From Octopus sinensis (Eukaryota): a stretch of DNA of 64,000 bases. The position numbers were made by a program, and so were the translations under genes. Under the pieces are notes generated by a model. The model was not told where the DNA came from, did not search any database, and was given only the letters and a program-made list of their open reading frames with translations. Location: NCBI RefSeq assembly GCF_006345805.1, contig NC_042999.1:56048001-56112000 (forward strand), read 5' to 3'. Position 1 is the stretch's first letter, and the number at the start of each line of letters is the position of its first letter. Shown here piece after piece: positions 38,309 through 52,235 of this stretch.

Positions 38309-38633
38309 CTGTAAGGAGATGAAATTGACTGATCCACACTAAACTGTCCAACAGATGTAGATTGTTGTATGTGAGGTTGAGTTTGTTGTACATGTTGCTC
38401 AGGTACTGCTGATGAGATGTGATTATTGGACAGAGGAGGAGTTGAAGGAGGAGGTGGAGGTGATGATGGCACTGCGGGTGGTAAGGGGGGTGGAGGAGGA
38501 GGAACAGATGGAGGTGCTGGTGGCAATGGTGGTGGTGAAGGAGGTGGATGTGGAGGAGGTGGTGGTGGTGGAAGAGATGGCTGCTGTGGTGTTTGCTCGG
38601 CAGCATTTGATGTAGTAGTAAAATTGTCATCTC
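38309..38633 (-). CDS. KMT2C: KMT2C/D proline-rich exon (325 nt, phase 1-2): (G)DDNFTTTSNAAEQTPQQPSLPPPPPP...ISSPY(S)
   Basis: Acceptor atcttcaacag| and donor AG|gtttgt; length and phases fit both neighbours. Confidence 0.88.
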
Positions 38634-39544
38634 CTGTTGAAGATTAAAATATCAAAATTAAAATTCATGCAATAATCACAGCAAAAACATAATGTCAGAT
38701 AGCATCAAGATTCAATAACATTCCATAACAGTCATTTGATGTGTATAAATATATAGCTATTTTTATCCAAAATTTATCTCATTATATTAGAAAAATTCAA
38801 AATATATACAACATAAATTTTTCATAGTTATCTGTAAAAAATTTTCTAAAATCTGTTTCAAAACAATTTTAAATTAAAATTCATAGCAATTCCAAAGTTA
38901 CTTGAAAATTGTAAGAAGGTTGGAAGTTTCTTTTAAAATTGTATTCTTTTTTTTAAACATTTGATTCTTTGGATGTAAAAGCCCACAAGGGTAGTAGTGA
39001 GTGTACAGTCTTAAGAGACATGTTACTGAAATAAATACTGGGGTCAGTATGTTTGACTAAACGCTTTTATTGTTTATTCAATTACAACCACATCATGGAC
39101 ACAATCCAATAAACAGTAAAAAAAAAGTGTAGAAAGAAGTCTTCCACCAAACCATATGAGTCTGGGTTTAATCCTACTACATGGCTCCTAAGACAAGTGT
39201 CTTCTGCTAAAGCTCTGGGCAAAACAAAGCCTTGTGAATGGAAATGGTAAGGAAAATCTGAAAAAAGCTTGTTGTGCACACATGCGTGTGTGAGTCCATG
39301 TCGCTCTTAATGTTTGATGGCTGTAAATGATTGTCAGTCATACAAATAGTGTCATTCATTTCCAATAATCTGCAAAAATATGTTTGGCCAAAGGGAAATA
39401 TTACCCTGCATGAAAACGTGAGGGTTGACAACAGAAAAGCCATCCAACCATAGAAAATGTGTCTCAATAAACTGTCTCACTTATGGAACCATGGAAAAGT
39501 GGGCATTAAAAAGCGATTTTATATATATATATATATATATATAT

Positions 39545-39730
39545 AATCATCATCATCATCATTTAGCGTCCGTTTTCCATGCTAGCATGGGTTGGATGGT
39601 TTAACTGGGGTCTGTGAAGCCGGAAGGCTTCATCAGGCCCAGTCAGATTTGGCAGTGTTTCTACGGCTGGATGCCCTTCCTAACGCCAACCACTCCGTGA
39701 GTGTAGTGGGTGCTTTTTACGTGCCACCAT
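39545..39730 (-). mobile_element. RTE 3'-UTR / SINE tail
   Basis: CATCATCATTTAGCGTCCGTTTTCCATGCTAGCATGGGTTGG...GGATGCCCTTCCTAACGCCAACCAC; same family as 30587 and 33850-33993. Confidence 0.8.
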
Positions 39731-41977
39731 ATTTATATTATATATTTTTACGTGCCACCATATTTATATAACTTGTTTCAGTCACTGGATTGTGACCATG
39801 AGGGGCATGCCTTGAAGGATTTACCCAAACAAACTCATCTCAATAACTATATATCTGTAATGTTCCCTTTCTTCAACTCTCATCACATTCCATCTATCTC
39901 TTTTTCCACCCCTACCACTCCATCTAACTCACAATTTAATAGCACAACAAAATAGCTCTCCCTTTCTATCTCTCATGGTTACTGCATTCCCCACTTTGCT
40001 AAACACTCTTCTCCCTCTCTTTCTCTCTCCTTTCCTCTATCTTCAACTAACCACTTCAGTGTAATATTTCACTAGCATGTTAATATTAGAGATAATCCTG
40101 CCTTTCCATCCTATACTTACTCCTTTCACACACCCATTCTGGTCCTTCTAATGTCATCGCTATCTATTCTATACCCCTCTTCAGGCATCTGAGCAAATGT
40201 ACAGAGACAGTGTAGGTTGGAAGGTACATTTGGTGCTGACTCACTGGGAACTTATTCAACCTCTCTAGTGTTACTACCACAAGAAAATGCCCCCAGTACA
40301 TTTCTGTGAAGTAGATGACGATTGAAAGGACAAATGACATGTGCAAGCAGCAGTCGAATAGTAAGTTCAAATAAGAAAGAACTCGGAATGTGACAGCCCA
40401 CTCAACCCATGGGGAAGGGGGGGAAAAGGAGAAGAAAAGGAAGGCAAGAAGAAATAGGAAAAAGGAGGAAAGAAGAAAAGGAGGAGAGAGTGAAGGTCAT
40501 GTGGCAGTGGTGGTGTTCATCATCAAATATAACATATATCTTATAAACATTTAAATTACCTGTCGTCTGAGAAGCTTCTTGATTTCCTTCTGAACTCAAC
40601 ACACCCTTAAATATATCTTCTACTGTTTTACTGTCAATGTGGGCAAGACCTATAAGAATATTTAAGCACATTTTCTCAAAATTCAATTTCCAATATGTGA
40701 CCATAAACTATGTTTTCAGTCTTATCAAAGCAAAACAAAATATCCTATCTGATATCATCGCCATAAGATAATTATTTTAAAAACTTGGATATCTGCGGTA
40801 GCTGAGAGAAATTACAAATATCAAGCAACATTTCTGTTAATTATGTTTAATTATGATATATTCAAGACTTTGTCATTCTGGGATGAGGAGATATTTTACA
40901 TTTAATGTGTGTTTCATTCAATCAGTGTCATCATAACACTTGTTACTAAAATCTAGCATAACCATGAAGTTTGAGTGGTTTTGCAACACAATCACAACTT
41001 TATATATTTATTGATATTAGTGTTTGGAATACAATGAAATTCATATTGCACAACTACACTAATCACAAGTAAATCAGGTAAATAATAGTCTAACAGCAAA
41101 AGTGAAGTTATATAAATATTTTAAAATATCTCTATGTACAAGGAGTTATTAGCCAATATATTATATAGAATCATGTTATATGGTTTCTTAAATGTCAATT
41201 ATATTCACGACAAAAATACACAAATTTTGTCCAGTTTGTTTGTCACTTTTACCTCATTGACGTTTGCAAACCACTGCACCCCAATGTTATTATACGAAAT
41301 ACTATGAATTAGAATAAATAAAAGTAAATGGCTGATGGTTTTTCAATCATAAGGTTGACTGACTGGATCTGGTTTCTTCCAAAAATTTGGCAAAAGAAAT
41401 AGTTGGAACTTTTCACTCCACTGTCTTTCTAGAATTCAACACTTCTGTTATTGCTGCCTAACTTATTTAAATTTTCAGAAATCATTCAAATTCAGACTAG
41501 CTTCTGCTAAATCTGAAGCTTTAATATTTGTACATAAGGGTGGAACTTTATAAAAAACTAAGAGGGTGTATATAAAACATACTGAAAAAGGAATTCACAT
41601 TATAAAAATGACTAACAATGTATAACAAGCATTTATCTAGTGAAATCACATGTTAACCTTCATGTAATGAGATTTACATAAATATTTTGTTTAAATATTA
41701 CCCAGGAATTCCTGGTGATCTGAAGCACTTATTACCTTACAAGTGCATGTAATTTTATTAATGACAGAATAAAAACAGGGATTGTGATTTTCAAAGCAAG
41801 CATGAAAACTGAAGGATATAATCAAAATTAACAAACAAAAAAAAAATCTTATTTCAAGATGGCATATTTCTAAAAATGCAACACCTTTTTCTTTTTTATA
41901 GGATAGAGATTATAGCAGGATGATGGAGGAGGCAGGGAGGGGCAGAAGTATTCTTAATAATTTGAAAACTATGTTAC

Positions 41978-42115
41978 CCTCAGACAACATCTTGCCAACA
42001 TCTAATGCAGGACTAAGTATTTGTTCTAAATTTTCAGAAATGTTATCCTTATTCTCTGAACAATTACTTGTGACTTCTGAATGAGAATCCAAATTATCCT
42101 TTTCCATGGGAATAT
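41978..42115 (-). CDS. KMT2C: KMT2C/D exon (138 nt, phase 1-1): (D)IPMEKDNLDSHSEVTSNCSENKDNISENLEQILSPALDVGKMLSE
   Basis: Acceptor tttaaactcag| and donor G|gtaaca; EQILSPALDVGKM resembles recalled human LDGILSPELDKM upstream of the HMG box. Confidence 0.85.
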
Positions 42116-43809
42116 CTGAGTTTAAAAAAGAAAGAAAAAGTGTGTATTACTATAAAATGAACAGAATTTTATGTAAAAATAGTCAAGCTAATGAAATTTA
42201 TTATATAAAATGAACATGTGTGTGTATGTGCACACACACACACACACACATGCACAGTATTTCAATTGATATAATAATTTTATACTGACACTCAAATGAG
42301 AAAAAAATGAACATAAAATTCTTTAAAATGCCAATGTTTATGTTAACATACCAACAGGTAAATACTGCCAATATAAACAAATTGTAAGAGTTCATTTATT
42401 AAAAAATTAGCTATATATTAACTGGGTTTTTTTCTCTATTACTTGCAATTACATATTTAAACTCAAGTGACTACTAAATTTTTTGCAATGTAAAAAAATA
42501 AACAATGAAATATATGCAAATATTCTCTTTATATAGGAGCAAGACAACAAAGAAATACTGAAAACACAAAATATATCAAGTGAGTTATCTGTGAAATAAA
42601 TACATCACTATATATATATATATATTCATAAAATAGTAATACTACTCTGTTTGAGACTGACTGATTGCATGACAAATCATCCTTTATAAAGAGCTCATAT
42701 TTAAATTAAAACTTGTTGCAAATAATTTTATATATGAACCTATTAAATTATTTTCAAACCACCATCTTAGTAATGATAACTGTTTTACTAAATACTTCCA
42801 AATTGCTATTACCAACATTATTTGAGAAATTCAGAAAATATATTTCATTAGAAAAGTGATCATAGAGAATTTAACAAATAATTAATATAGCAAAGTGTTA
42901 CATAGAAACCAAAACAAAATTTTTTTTCCCTTCTTAAATATAAAAATTCTTTTCCAGTTTAAACTTCATAAATATTCATTTATTTCTGCCACAAGTCAAT
43001 TTTGTTAAAAAGTACATACATCAAGTACTAAAATTGAAAGAACAATCTTTTAAAAGATGTGTATCTCTTTCTCTCTCTCACACATACACACACCTCTGTG
43101 GAAGTGTGTGAGAAAATTTAAAATAGAGCCTGCAAGAAAAAATTCAGAACTGAAACAACATATTCAGTGTCTTTGCAAAAGTCATAAGAACAATTGTTGT
43201 GAAATGAGAATAATCAAGTAAGTCCACTTTTCTTTGTAATAGTTCAATTTCAAAAGGATGAAAAGCAAAAATTGCCGAAGTAGGATTTGAATTCATTTTA
43301 CAGGAAGAGAATAACTAGCTTAATATAAAGCATTTAATCTACCACTGCTATTTTCTGTCAACCTATTTTCTGCTATAATGCAGACTTTCAACAAAGCTAA
43401 GTAAACTGTATAAGTATTTCCACATAATTCCATGATGTCTCTTATAATCATATCCTCCATTAAATTCTAAAACACAAATTCAAAATTAACATATATTTTG
43501 TTACAAGTCATATGTTCAATAAACTTTAACAACTTTAGGAGAACATTATCCAAATTAAAGCGTGATAAAACTATACCTATTTAAAATGATCTACATTTTC
43601 TTGCTTGTTGCTTTAACTAAAATGTTTCTACACAATGTTTCTCCCCTCCAAACGTTTTTTCTTAACATACAGCATAGTGACCAACTATTTAGGAATATGA
43701 AATCAAACTGTCAATAAAAGTCAACTGCGGAAAATAATGCAACTCAATGTTGCAATCCATGTCTGGAAACTCAGTAGTTGAATTGATCCAATAACCACCT
43801 TAACACAGA

Positions 43810-43849
<40 letters not shown>

Positions 43850-44022
43850 ATCACAGATTATGTGTGTGTGAACACATTATATATATATATATAAATAAAA
43901 TAGTACCTCAGTTTTCTAACACCTGTGATAAATAAATCATGCTTTATTTCCTGTCTTTTTCATTTTTATTTAATACATTAGTACCCCAGTTTACGAACGC
44001 CTCTGATCACAAATAAATTGTG

Positions 44023-44078
<56 letters not shown>

Positions 44079-44159
44079 TTTATTTAAAGCAGCAGAAAAT
44101 TCAACAAAACCTGTTACTCTGAGTTTCACGTTCCCGTTCATCGGACAGTTTTACTCCGG

Positions 44160-44191
<32 letters not shown>

Positions 44192-44220
44192 CATACATAC
44201 ATACATACATACATACATAC
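44023..44220. repeat. (AT)n and (ATAC)n microsatellites
   Basis: Directly visible; further (AT)n/(AC)n tracts at 43812-43890 and 44600-44770. Confidence 0.9.
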
Positions 44221-44695
44221 AGCAAGGAAAACAGATGTACGATGTATGTACATGTGTGTGTATGTGTGTAATTTTATTTAGACAACAGGCCTCTTTCAGT
44301 TTCCACTGCTCAAGTTTACTCAAAGACACTGGCCAGCCTGTGGTTATGCTAAAAGACACACGAGATGGCACATAGAATTTAGCCAGAGACTACATGGTTC
44401 TATAGTGAGCTTCTTAAGCACATTGCCTGAGTGTATTTAAGTTCCACTTGACCCATACAAACATGGAAAAGTGAACTATGGTGATGATAAATGTGTGTGC
44501 GTTATATACATATATATGCAAGAAGACCACTGTAGTTTGCTTGAAGCATTGCAGTACGGGAGCAGAAGAATGAATGGAATGAGATGTATATTTTATTTTT
44601 ATATATATATATATATATATAAATATAAATACATACATACACACATAAATAAATAAATAAATGAATGAATATGAAAAATTATCCTGTTGGGAGAA

Positions 44696-44744
<49 letters not shown>

Positions 44745-46239
44745 TATACACACATACACACACACATTATATATAAACTTTGTGTGTGTCAAAAAGATTA
44801 TTAAACAGTGTAAACATATGGAGTAAACAGCTACTCTCTCATGTCACTTCTCTTAACAGTTCTAGTTATATATTATATACACACGAATAAAAATTAACCT
44901 TATGGCGGAAACACACACACACACGTTAAATATTATATATACAATATATATTTTATTTTTTTTATTTGGTTTGCATGGCTGCTGATGTGTTGAAACAAAT
45001 GTTGCCATGTCTTGGGACAGTTTTTACACCAATAATAACACATACACAGGCTCACTTCCACTTCTTTATTGTTAGTCAACTGGTTAAAAATCTAACAAAC
45101 TAACTAAATGAATGGTTAGATACTTGGTCAATTGACTAAAAATAAAGATGTGGAACTGAGCCTGTATGTTTGTTGTTATTATTGGTGTAATGACTCTCCC
45201 AAGACTTAAAATATATTTTATCTTTTAGTCATGAAGAAAGGCAAACTCCACTATAGAGCCTCCAAGACTGGTGGGAATGTGGGAAGAGGATATGCTGACA
45301 CTGGAAACCTAGCCTAAATGTTTTGAACATTGTTGACAAACCAGATGACACGTTATGTCCAATGCCAAAGGAAATTATAGAGCAATTTGAACCCTGAACC
45401 CGTAAAGAGCCAAAAATATTTTTAAATATTTTTTTTAAAATACTGCACCCTGGTAGAGTATCTAGAGCTGTCCTCTTCATTACGATACATCCTACATTTT
45501 TCTAAGATGGTAGGGTGTAATGTCAGATACATAAGGGATATTAAGCATGGTCGTCTGGACTTTAGTGCAAGTTAAAGACAGTTTGAGCAACAACTTTGAA
45601 GTTAAATCTATAGCCAACTCCTCCAATGCTGGCACCAGAAACCTTTCCACAAAAATAAAAGTCCATTGAGATACTGATTGCATAGATTGACATCTCCTTT
45701 CCTGACCCACAACAATGGCACCTGTTCACTCTCTTCCTATTTGCTCTGTTACTTGCAACACCATCCCATTTCCAGTGATCAACTGTACTTGATCAGGATA
45801 CCACAGCCCTGCTTCCCATACAAATATTTTTTTTGACATGTAGCCATGGACATCTTCCCTTCATAGTCCTGTGCTTCATAACATTAAAAATCAATCACTC
45901 TGGAGTACTGCTTCCCTCCTTGCATTTAAGGACTTACCCACACACACAACTTTGCACTCAAATGCACACAGTCACTGAATGTAGATGTTGATTTAAAGAA
46001 GGAAAGCTCCCAACAAGTCATGATCTGCTAGTTGTACTTTGTAACTTGGTTTCAATCACTAAGTGAAGCCACTTTAAATCCTGTACCTGCAGGTGTACAG
46101 ACAGTAGGCAGTTGCAAAAATAGGGGGGGGGGCAAGGAAAACAGAGGGAAGTGAGTGAGAATAGTATATATACCCTGTGTGTTCCATATTTATGAATAAG
46201 TATACTGCATCCCTTAAGTCTTCACAAAAGAGGACTTAA

Positions 46240-47315
46240 CCCTTTCGTTACCAAACCGCCCAAAACCGCCCGGAAAAAATTTTGGCTAATGTGACCAAAC
46301 CACCCGTATTTACCTATTCATATTTAAATGAGAATATCAGAGCAAATCTCTTTAGTACATTCATGAAAACATGTATTATACTTCGTAAACAGTTCAACTA
46401 CAGTTTTGTACAAAAATCGAAGTTTAATTTTAATTCCGTGAATTTTGGGAGATTTTTTTCCGAAATTTGTTCCTATTGTGTTTTCAAAATTTGTAATTCT
46501 GACAAAAAATGGATACGAATTTCATTATATCAAGCAGCGAGTCAGAATTCGAAGGATTTTCTACTGAAGACCTTGATAAATCTAACTCTATGACTGAAAA
46601 AAAAAAGCATGTGGTATTTGATAATGAATCTGATGTTTCATTTTCCGAAAGTGAAAACAGTGAATCCGAGAGCTCCGACAGCGATAAAGAAAATGAATTG
46701 GCACCTGAATGGAGTGAAAATTTAAAAACTGTTTCTTCCGGTGATTTTTCTGAAGAAACTGGACCAAGCCACAGATTTTCCCAGAAGAGTAAAGACTTAG
46801 ACTATTTCTTTTTACTTTTTCGAATGAGCCTATTTGAAATCATTACGGCGGAAACGAACCGTTACGCTAAATGTAAACAAAACGAAAGAAAGGATAGTTA
46901 GTGGTTTCCCATAACCTTAAATGAAATTAAGACTATTTTGCAATAAATATTATTATGGGTATCAGAAAGTTACCCAGAATAACAAATTCTATCGTAAAAT
47001 TTTGTTGTATACCCAATTGAATATTAGCTAATAACCCATTTTCTATAGCGATGCTTGAACAAAATTTTAATAATTCTATATTTTGTTGAATTTACCTGTA
47101 TCTACCTGCAATTAGAGTCAGTTTGTGACAAAAATTATAGTATAGAATTGGTTGAGAACATTTCATTAAATTATCTTCCAAAATTCACGTTAATATATTG
47201 ATAAATAAAAAAGTTATAGTTGTTTAATGAAACCAGACTAAATTTATGATTATGTTAGAAATTAATTGAAACACATAAGGGGTGTATTTTGGTCAGAAAT
47301 ATAGTAACGAAAGGG
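46240..47315 (+). mobile_element. Internally deleted piggyBac transposon with transposase N-terminal remnant
   Basis: TTAA at 46236-46239 and 47316-47319; TIRs CCCTTTCGTTAC / GTAACGAAAGGG; ORF 46509-46901 has an acidic N-terminus then YFFLLF...LFEIITAETNRYA, and after the stop WFPITLNEIK...IIMG...LP (DDE_Tnp_1_7-like). Confidence 0.9.
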
Positions 47316-48321
47316 TTAAAGGGTTGTTGCCAAAGAAACATCTAGCCATGACAACCCATGCCCATACAAAAGAGATGTGTAAAAATGTTGATGGCAGGGG
47401 CAGTGGTGTAGGCAGCAACAAAAGTGACAACAATGATGAAGATGTCAAGTTTGTCCAAAAATCTGCATCCAAAGGAAATTTCAAAATAGATATAGTCTGG
47501 TCCAAGAATTATGATTTCAGCAGGGATATTTAGTGTAAGGCAAATAGATCCATAGCTTTTAACAATGAAGTAACAGGATGAACATATATCCCCATACTAC
47601 AATCCTTTCTTCATTCTTAAATTAGATGACATTGCTATGTAAGAACAGCATAAAATGTTTCATATAACCAACAGAGTTAAAATGCATACCTGTCAGAGGC
47701 TAGTAGTTTGTGTATTTGTTACAATTTCTGGCATTTAAATAAATTAAGTACCCTTTAGCCCCGGGTTATCAAATGCACGTACATGTGTGTGCGCACGTGA
47801 TTTAGATGGGTTTCAACCCATACTGACCAACAATCATGCCTTAGGGAACACCTGTTAATCTAACATGAAGCAGTGACACCAACACTGCATCTGTTTAAAT
47901 ATAGGCAGTGTCCCAACCAATTTATGGGGATCTTTAGCTTAGAGTAATGTAGCAACATAACTTGGGTCAAGAAGCTGTTATTATTGAACAGCTTTCATTT
48001 TGTCAGTCTGGTCAACTAAGTAAACTCAAACATTATTAATTCAGTATTGATATTTAGAAATAACAGCAACATCAATAAGTGTTTATAATATTCCAAAATC
48101 TTACAAAGTTAGGGTGGTATAAGTTAAGTACATGTATCCATACTTAAACATATAAATATTGTTAAATATTTCAAACAATACTTTATAAGTATTCTTAATG
48201 TTGGAAATAAATAGTTACTTAATGATTGTGTTGCTGAGATGCTGACAATTGATCTATAAAAATGAAAGCAGTAAGCTTCAAAACTTGGATAGGTTTTCAG
48301 AGTTGGTGCTTATATCATTAA

Positions 48322-48538
48322 CCATTTAGCACTTAAACCAGCCACATCCAACCCAAATATTCATGCTTTACATGAAAATTGGCCATATCTAACCCCTCAC
48401 ACCTAACCTACACTGGCATTCTAAAAATAAACAAAAACACCATCAAAATCTCAAAGCCATAAGATAATGCATGATTAATTCAAAACAATTTGAATAAAAA
48501 AGCATTATATTTAACAGAGTAAGCTGAATGCTAAAGGG
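48322..48538 (+). mobile_element. piggyBac-type MITE, family 2 (217 bp)
   Basis: TTAA flanks; TIRs CCATTTAGCA / TGAATGCTAAAGGG; internal sequence alignable to 26197-26417. Confidence 0.8.
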
Positions 48539-51359
48539 TTAAGAGGATCAGTGATAAAACTTCCTGATAACAATCTATTACAATGGGGTTTTTTTTCTTC
48601 TTAGTTTTGTGGGGGTGAGGGGAGCTGACAGATGAACTGAGAAGCATAGAAATACATTTATGGAATACCATATACCCACTTAACCATTATGCTTCCACAA
48701 AGTTTTTACAAAGTCTCAGGTAATAATAAAACTGAAAACAAAATATAAATCCAATGAATCAAAAGTTATATCATTTTTTTAGTAAGTTTATAGTATATTT
48801 CCCATTCAGTTTTTTTTTTTTTAAGTTAGTGTTTTGCCTTTTTTAAAATTTAGGTAATTCACCTGTTAACAAAATCGCCTATAGCTTTTAATGATATTGA
48901 TTAAAAAATCCCTCCTCAAGTTATAATTCATTCTCATCCTTCATCAACATATCTTAACAGCTAACACCAGTGAAAAAGTTGTAAAATATAAATAAAACAA
49001 TAACATACAGATAAAATAAAATTATAAAAAGCAAAGCAACAATAGGTATCAGACTAAAATTAAAATTAGAACCATGTTAAAGAGGTGGAAGGATCAATTT
49101 TTAATCAAATATATTTTATAAAATAAAGCATACATTGCAACTATGTGTAGCCTGGTAAAAAGAATATATAATAATTTCAGTTAAATATTTTGCAAGGCTT
49201 CCTCTTCCAAGAAATATTCTATGAATCCCCTAGACTTTTAATTGTTCAATTTTGTGGACAATGCTTAAATCTTTAAAAACTTTTCTATCACCACAACCCA
49301 CCTTACCCAATGACTTCCTTCAAGAATTAATCAGTGCATAGTAGTGACTTTGTTGAAAAAAAAACTAACTAATGGTAACTTGAAGTTTTATGCTTTTCAG
49401 CAGAATGCATTTTACCCAAGAATAAAGGGGAAAAAATTTAAGTAGGTAAATTATCAACTCTATGAACAGATTCTAAAATTTCAAGGACTGGTTTAGCAGC
49501 TTAAACAGAAGAAAACAGTTATATTCAAAATGATAAACATTTAATTCATACTAATATATTATTCCTTAGACTGCTATAGTTAAGTTCAAACTAATAGCAT
49601 TTGGCCAATAGTGAGCAATTACATCACAGTATAACATTTTCTAATGTTTTAAATGCTGTTTTGTCCATGCTAAGTAAATTAATAAAAATATTTTAATGGG
49701 CATTAATTCCTGAATGTTATTATTTTGACAAAAGGAGTGGAAAACTAATTCATTCCACTAGAAATATGTTCAAAGAATTTTAATAAGAATTCAATATGAA
49801 TATTTCTATATAAAAATGATATACTGTTATGAAGATGGTGTTACATATGGGCATGCATGTGTATATGTGTGTGGAAATGTGAAGATATATAAATATATAT
49901 ATTCACATATACATGAGACAATGTACAAATATTCTGAATTTTTAAATAATAAATTTAGAAAAGAGCTTAATGTGCCACGACAAAAACATGTATTAATGAA
50001 AGCCTTCATTTCAGTGACTAACAGCAGTGACTTGGTTCATTTGAACTTCACAGCATTCTTATGTCTACATTTAATATAAGGAGAAAGGAGAGTGCTCATG
50101 CATTTCCAGACCCTCCTGGATAGTGAAGAAAAGAGAAAACTTGTGTGAATGAATGAATGAGAAAGACTATGTGATTATATCAACAGTTCTCACATCACAC
50201 TAATGCAATATTGCTATCATAAAAGATTTCATTAAATTTCACATCATTTACCAACAAACTTGAAAAATCATGGCTTTTTAAAAATTTATGTTTAGTATTC
50301 ATATTTATTTATGTCTATTTCTTTAAATTAAAACAATTTTATTTGATAATCAACTATTTGTATCTTTTATGAGCATCACCAGATCATAAAACAATTTTGA
50401 TGTTTTTACTATACATGTGATTATTTTTATTACGTAACTGGTTAAAATTTTCAATACATTAAAAAAAATTTTTGACAAATTATTACTATGGCGTCAAAGC
50501 TGCATGTCTGCTAACTTTGAACTATTAATGCAGTAAATTGTTTTTCAGTAAAATCAATTAAAATAATCTAATAATGTGAGCTTATAATAATCTAGGTACC
50601 ATTCACCACCACCAACACATTTTTATCTAACATAACAGTCTCAATATCCACAGTTACAACTTTCCCATAAAATCACTATTCTGATAATTTTCAATCATCC
50701 TATCAACCAAATTCACATAGTATATACAACAGTTCATACTCATTTTTTTTTTTATTACAATTCTAATATCTTACAATCTACCTTTCATACAGAGATAAAA
50801 ATTACCAAATGCTGGTAATGTAATGCTATTTCTGATTTCAATAGGTAATTATTTTACTAAAATACAAGTAATTTTAGAGCTTAACTATTTTCATGGTTGA
50901 TCTGTTTGAAATTTCTCTTCACCTTTTCTGTACCCATAAGCTTTCATTCACCAAGCAACTATATTTTGTAACTCAAGGTTTCTGGGGTTTTTTCTTTCAT
51001 ATTTATGTTGTTATTTAGGTCCAGGTAAGCACAGATTGATCAGATTTCTGATCAAAAGCATTTCAGCCATAACCACTCCATCTTTTTTGTATGTAAAATG
51101 GTTGTCTAAAGTGTAATTTGTATTTTTTTTCTTTTTAGGTGGAAATTTTAAGGTAAATTTGGCTACTTTTCCTAGCAGGTCAAAAACTACATAAAGGGGG
51201 TCCTTTTTTTTGTTTTTATAGAAGTCAGCTGTACCACTGGTAAATACTGAATTAATTTTAATGAAATGTCACTTATCATTAAATACTGTCTGCATCAAAC
51301 ATTAAGAATTAATATGAATTAACACACCAGACAGTAAAAACCTTCCTTGCTAGCATATT

Positions 51360-51500
51360 ATTTAGATGGTCGACTTCACCTTTCATCCTTCCAGGGTCAA
51401 TAGAAGAAGTACTAGTTGAACACTGGGATCAATGTAATCAACTTACCCACCTACCCCCAAACTTGCTGACCTTGTGCCAAAATTTGAAACCAATATTATT
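51360..51500 (+). mobile_element. 5'-truncated SINE of the 14070 family
   Basis: GGTCGACTTCACCTTTCATCCTTCCAGGGTCAATAGAAGAAGTAC...CCTTGTGCCAAAATTTGAAACCAATATTATT. Confidence 0.75.
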
Positions 51501-52235
51501 TAGAATTTCTATACTGAAATGAATCACTCATTTAATTAAAATTTACCAAACTGTTCATATGTCATGCTAGATAGAATTCAGAAAGGGTAAAATTAACTTA
51601 AGATATCTTACACCAAAGCATTGAATATTTTATACAGAATCTTTTATCACGCATTAATAACAGATTTTGTTATCACACATTAATAACACTTATTTAGTGA
51701 AGGTAGAAAATGTTATTTGCTACTACCATCTATATCTACACCTACTGTTGGCTTTGCTCAGGCAAGTACTAGTAGCTTTCATGTATGCCACAGCCTGCTC
51801 CTAATACTAACTGTCAATTAATGGTGCAGACTTAAATGGAAGACCATGTTGCATCAAGTCTGTCTAACAAAACAGAATCCCAAAAAGTTTGGAAATCATG
51901 ATCATTTGAATATGTGCTCACATTACCTAATATTTTAACTGTTATACAATTCCACAACAAAACTATATGATTTTTACAACACACACACACACGAATTTTG
52001 GTTCAAGAATGTCTTGAAACAGTATCTTAAAAGTATTTTTCCAAGGTGGTGTGGCTTGTATTATATACATTACACATTACAAGAGTGCTTTACAGCTATA
52101 CCTTCAAAATACCAGCCACTTCATTACTGGATTGGTGTATATGAGATTTTTACCAAATACACCAAAGTATGTCAAATTTAACAACCTATAACTTTTAGTG
52201 CAATAATCAATCACATTAAATCAGCATTCCTTTTA

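Noticed and set aside
38412-38647. Plus-strand Gly- or Glu/Val-rich ORFs
   Set aside because: Antisense of the proline-rich exon.
47690-47727. 38-nt segment with AG/GT borders
   Set aside because: Frameshifting with an in-frame stop and no supporting evidence; likely a pseudo-exon.
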